Origin: Lingula anatina
Lineage: Eukaryota > Animalia > Brachiopoda
Direction of reading: 5' to 3'
Length of the DNA stretch: 64,000 bases
Assembly (NCBI GenBank): GCA_051362555.1
Contig: CM120646.1
Coordinates: forward strand, 9,114,001-9,178,000
Within the stretch, counting starts at the first letter, position 1. The number at the start of each line of letters is the position of its first letter. The position numbers and the translations under genes were made by a program. Positions 61,744 to 64,000 of this stretch are shown piece by piece. A model generated the notes under the pieces. That model did not search any database, was not told the origin of the DNA, and saw nothing but the letters and a program-made list of their open reading frames with translations.

Positions 61744-64000
61744 TTCGCGGTTGTATACCTGATACCTATGGTGCCGCGCTGTCTTTCCAGAAGTCTTAGT
61801 ATACACTTAGCGGGAGGCTTTGAAATCTTTCACCATAGCTTATAGTTCTTTTATACTAAGTAGCATCAGTGACCGCGCGAGATAAATGTAGTATACAATT
61901 AAACATCCACTAACACTGTGATGGCACTGCCAAATTCAAGTTATTAATTATTACGACGGTTGCCGAGTTGTAAAACTTTCCATCTGGTGATGTTTTCACA
62001 GCACAATTTGAAAGCAAGATAATGCAGCAATACAACGGGGAAATAGCTGCAAGTAACACTTAAGTTTGAGGTCTATCTATCGGTGAAAAGATAGGGTTCG
62101 ATCTTAAACCCTATATTGATGGTGGCATGTAGCCGCCTGATGTCCACCAGGTGTGTCAGAGGTCAGTGACAACAGTGACAACTATCAAGACATGCAGAAT
62201 AAAGCTAGTGACAGAGGGGACATCTGACGCCTGTTGGTATGGTTCTGGGCTTAATGTGCATGATAGTAAAACAAAGGCGGATTACAGAAAACATTACAAA
62301 ATTGACCACTTGACCACCTTGTGGCCATAACTGACCCCTTGTCGAGGATATTTGAAACAAAGGCCACACCACTGGCAGCGGACATTAATTACGGCGATTG
62401 TATGATTCTCTTGAGGTGTTGTGTTATCTGACCTTCACTGTCTACCATCCTTTGGGATATTTTCTTTGAAATGATAGTCTGGAAAATGGTCGATGTAATT
62501 TGACTGTAAGTGTCGGGATATCTGTGTAGTTATCTGTAAACTCGCAGAGGATGTCAACGGAATAATTCATGGGTCAGTGAGCATATCGACTAAACAAAAT
62601 TGAACATTAGTATGTATTAGAAGTATTAAAACATGGAAAGTATAAACAGATAAATGAGCAACTTCCCATAGAATATATGAGAATTGTGATCAGATTTGAT
62701 AACTAATCAAAGTATATTGGAATATTTAGCTTGGCCTCAATGCGGTAGACCGTTAGTAGCTGGCGGAAACTGTGTTTTTACTTTAAACATTTGCGTAGAT
62801 CAAAATGCCAATATAAAACCAATGATTTTGTCTAAGTGCAATGCCAATTCATAAAATCTAGAGGTTGCACACGATATTGAATAATCTATTCAGAATTTGG
62901 CGAAAGCAAAAAATCGATTTACATTGGCAAGTGCAGAATAGTCTAATCTTAACTCCCACTCAAATAATAATATAATTAATTAATTTTATAGTATAACATT
63001 AACACTTGTAATTTATTATTCTACATATGTAAACATATATAAACGTATATCCTTATATATTATGTAAATAATGTAGTCTAGTGAGCCTGCTAATGTATTC
63101 ATATAATTTAGTGCTCAATAAACTTATAATTATTATTAAATATTCTAACCAAATTAATACTTGTGATCGCGGCTGGTGGCGAAAATAGATCAAAACTGTT
63201 CTCGCCTTGACTACTGTAACAGTCTACTTGTTGGCATTCCAGACTACCATAAAAACTAAAGTCCGTTTAAAAAGCATGTGCTAGATTCTTATGCAAGGCA
63301 AATAGGCCGGCGTACATTACACCAATCCTGTACCATCTTCGTTGGCTACCTATTTGACCAAGGGTGACTTCAAGTCTTAGAGTTTAATTATTATCTTTTA
63401 AGATTTTAAAAAAGGAACGCAGAGGTATACATGCATATTGCACTTAACGTCCATTATCTTAACTTTACACAATGTTACAGTTTAAGATAATTTCTTTAAG
63501 TTTTCTTTACCGTTTATTGGACTTTTATAGACATTAAAATTTGTCAACTTGTCTCGTCGTTTGTGAGACGCTTACTTTCACTTAATTCATATTTGTGTAA
63601 TTTGAGCGCATCACTAGAAGTAATACAGACTTGACATTTAATATGGAATATTTTTTCCAAAACATAATTCATCAATTTTTTTCCTATTTTGCTGACTGAT
63701 AAATGAAAATAAGGATTAAAATCGTGTTTTAATAACTTTTGATAATCGCTTCGATGTCATTGTGACCTCAGTTCATTAATTGAATTCGTCAGTAAAGCAA
63801 ACAAAAATACATTGCCTATTTTAAGTCATACGACAACCATTGAGAGCGATATTTTGGATCTCCATATTTTCCTAATTATTGTCTTTAAAAGAGTTACACG
63901 CCCCACACAGGCCCCCCATGTCAGTGTCTAGTCACAGCAACAGTCGCTGTTACGCTTGACCTCATCTTGCTGCTACCAGAGCTTTCAAGCCGCAAGGCAT

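Overview
AT-rich animal genomic DNA, most likely a marine invertebrate (the repeat repertoire is mollusc-like; this is inference). The window is almost entirely transposable elements, nested insertions and tandem repeats. No rRNA, tRNA, CRISPR array or prokaryotic gene is supported. Main contents: (1) two L1/Tx1-clade LINEs, one 5'-truncated and disrupted (29385-37125, +) and one apparently full-length with open ORF1 and ORF2 (46191-52506, -); (2) a host SRCR-domain exon (52516-52743) whose splice acceptor was hit exactly by the second LINE; (3) two non-autonomous Helentron-type (HINE) elements carrying 146-bp satellite arrays, one interrupted by a solo LTR; (4) a rearranged RTE-X/CR1-like LINE, Rex1/Babar fragments and a decayed Tc1 transposase; (5) many MITEs with TTAA, TA, TWA or 9-bp target-site duplications (TSDs); (6) a 2.3-kb hairpin minisatellite with a 173-bp higher-order repeat. 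Best candidates for something new: a hydrophobic third ORF between ORF1 and ORF2 in both Tx1 elements, ending 23-24 nt before the ORF2 ATG, and a LINE whose TSD duplicates an AG|GT splice junction so that the 6.3-kb insertion could be spliced out exactly. Coordinates were read by eye and may be off by a few bases. Family names come from motifs, not database searches.
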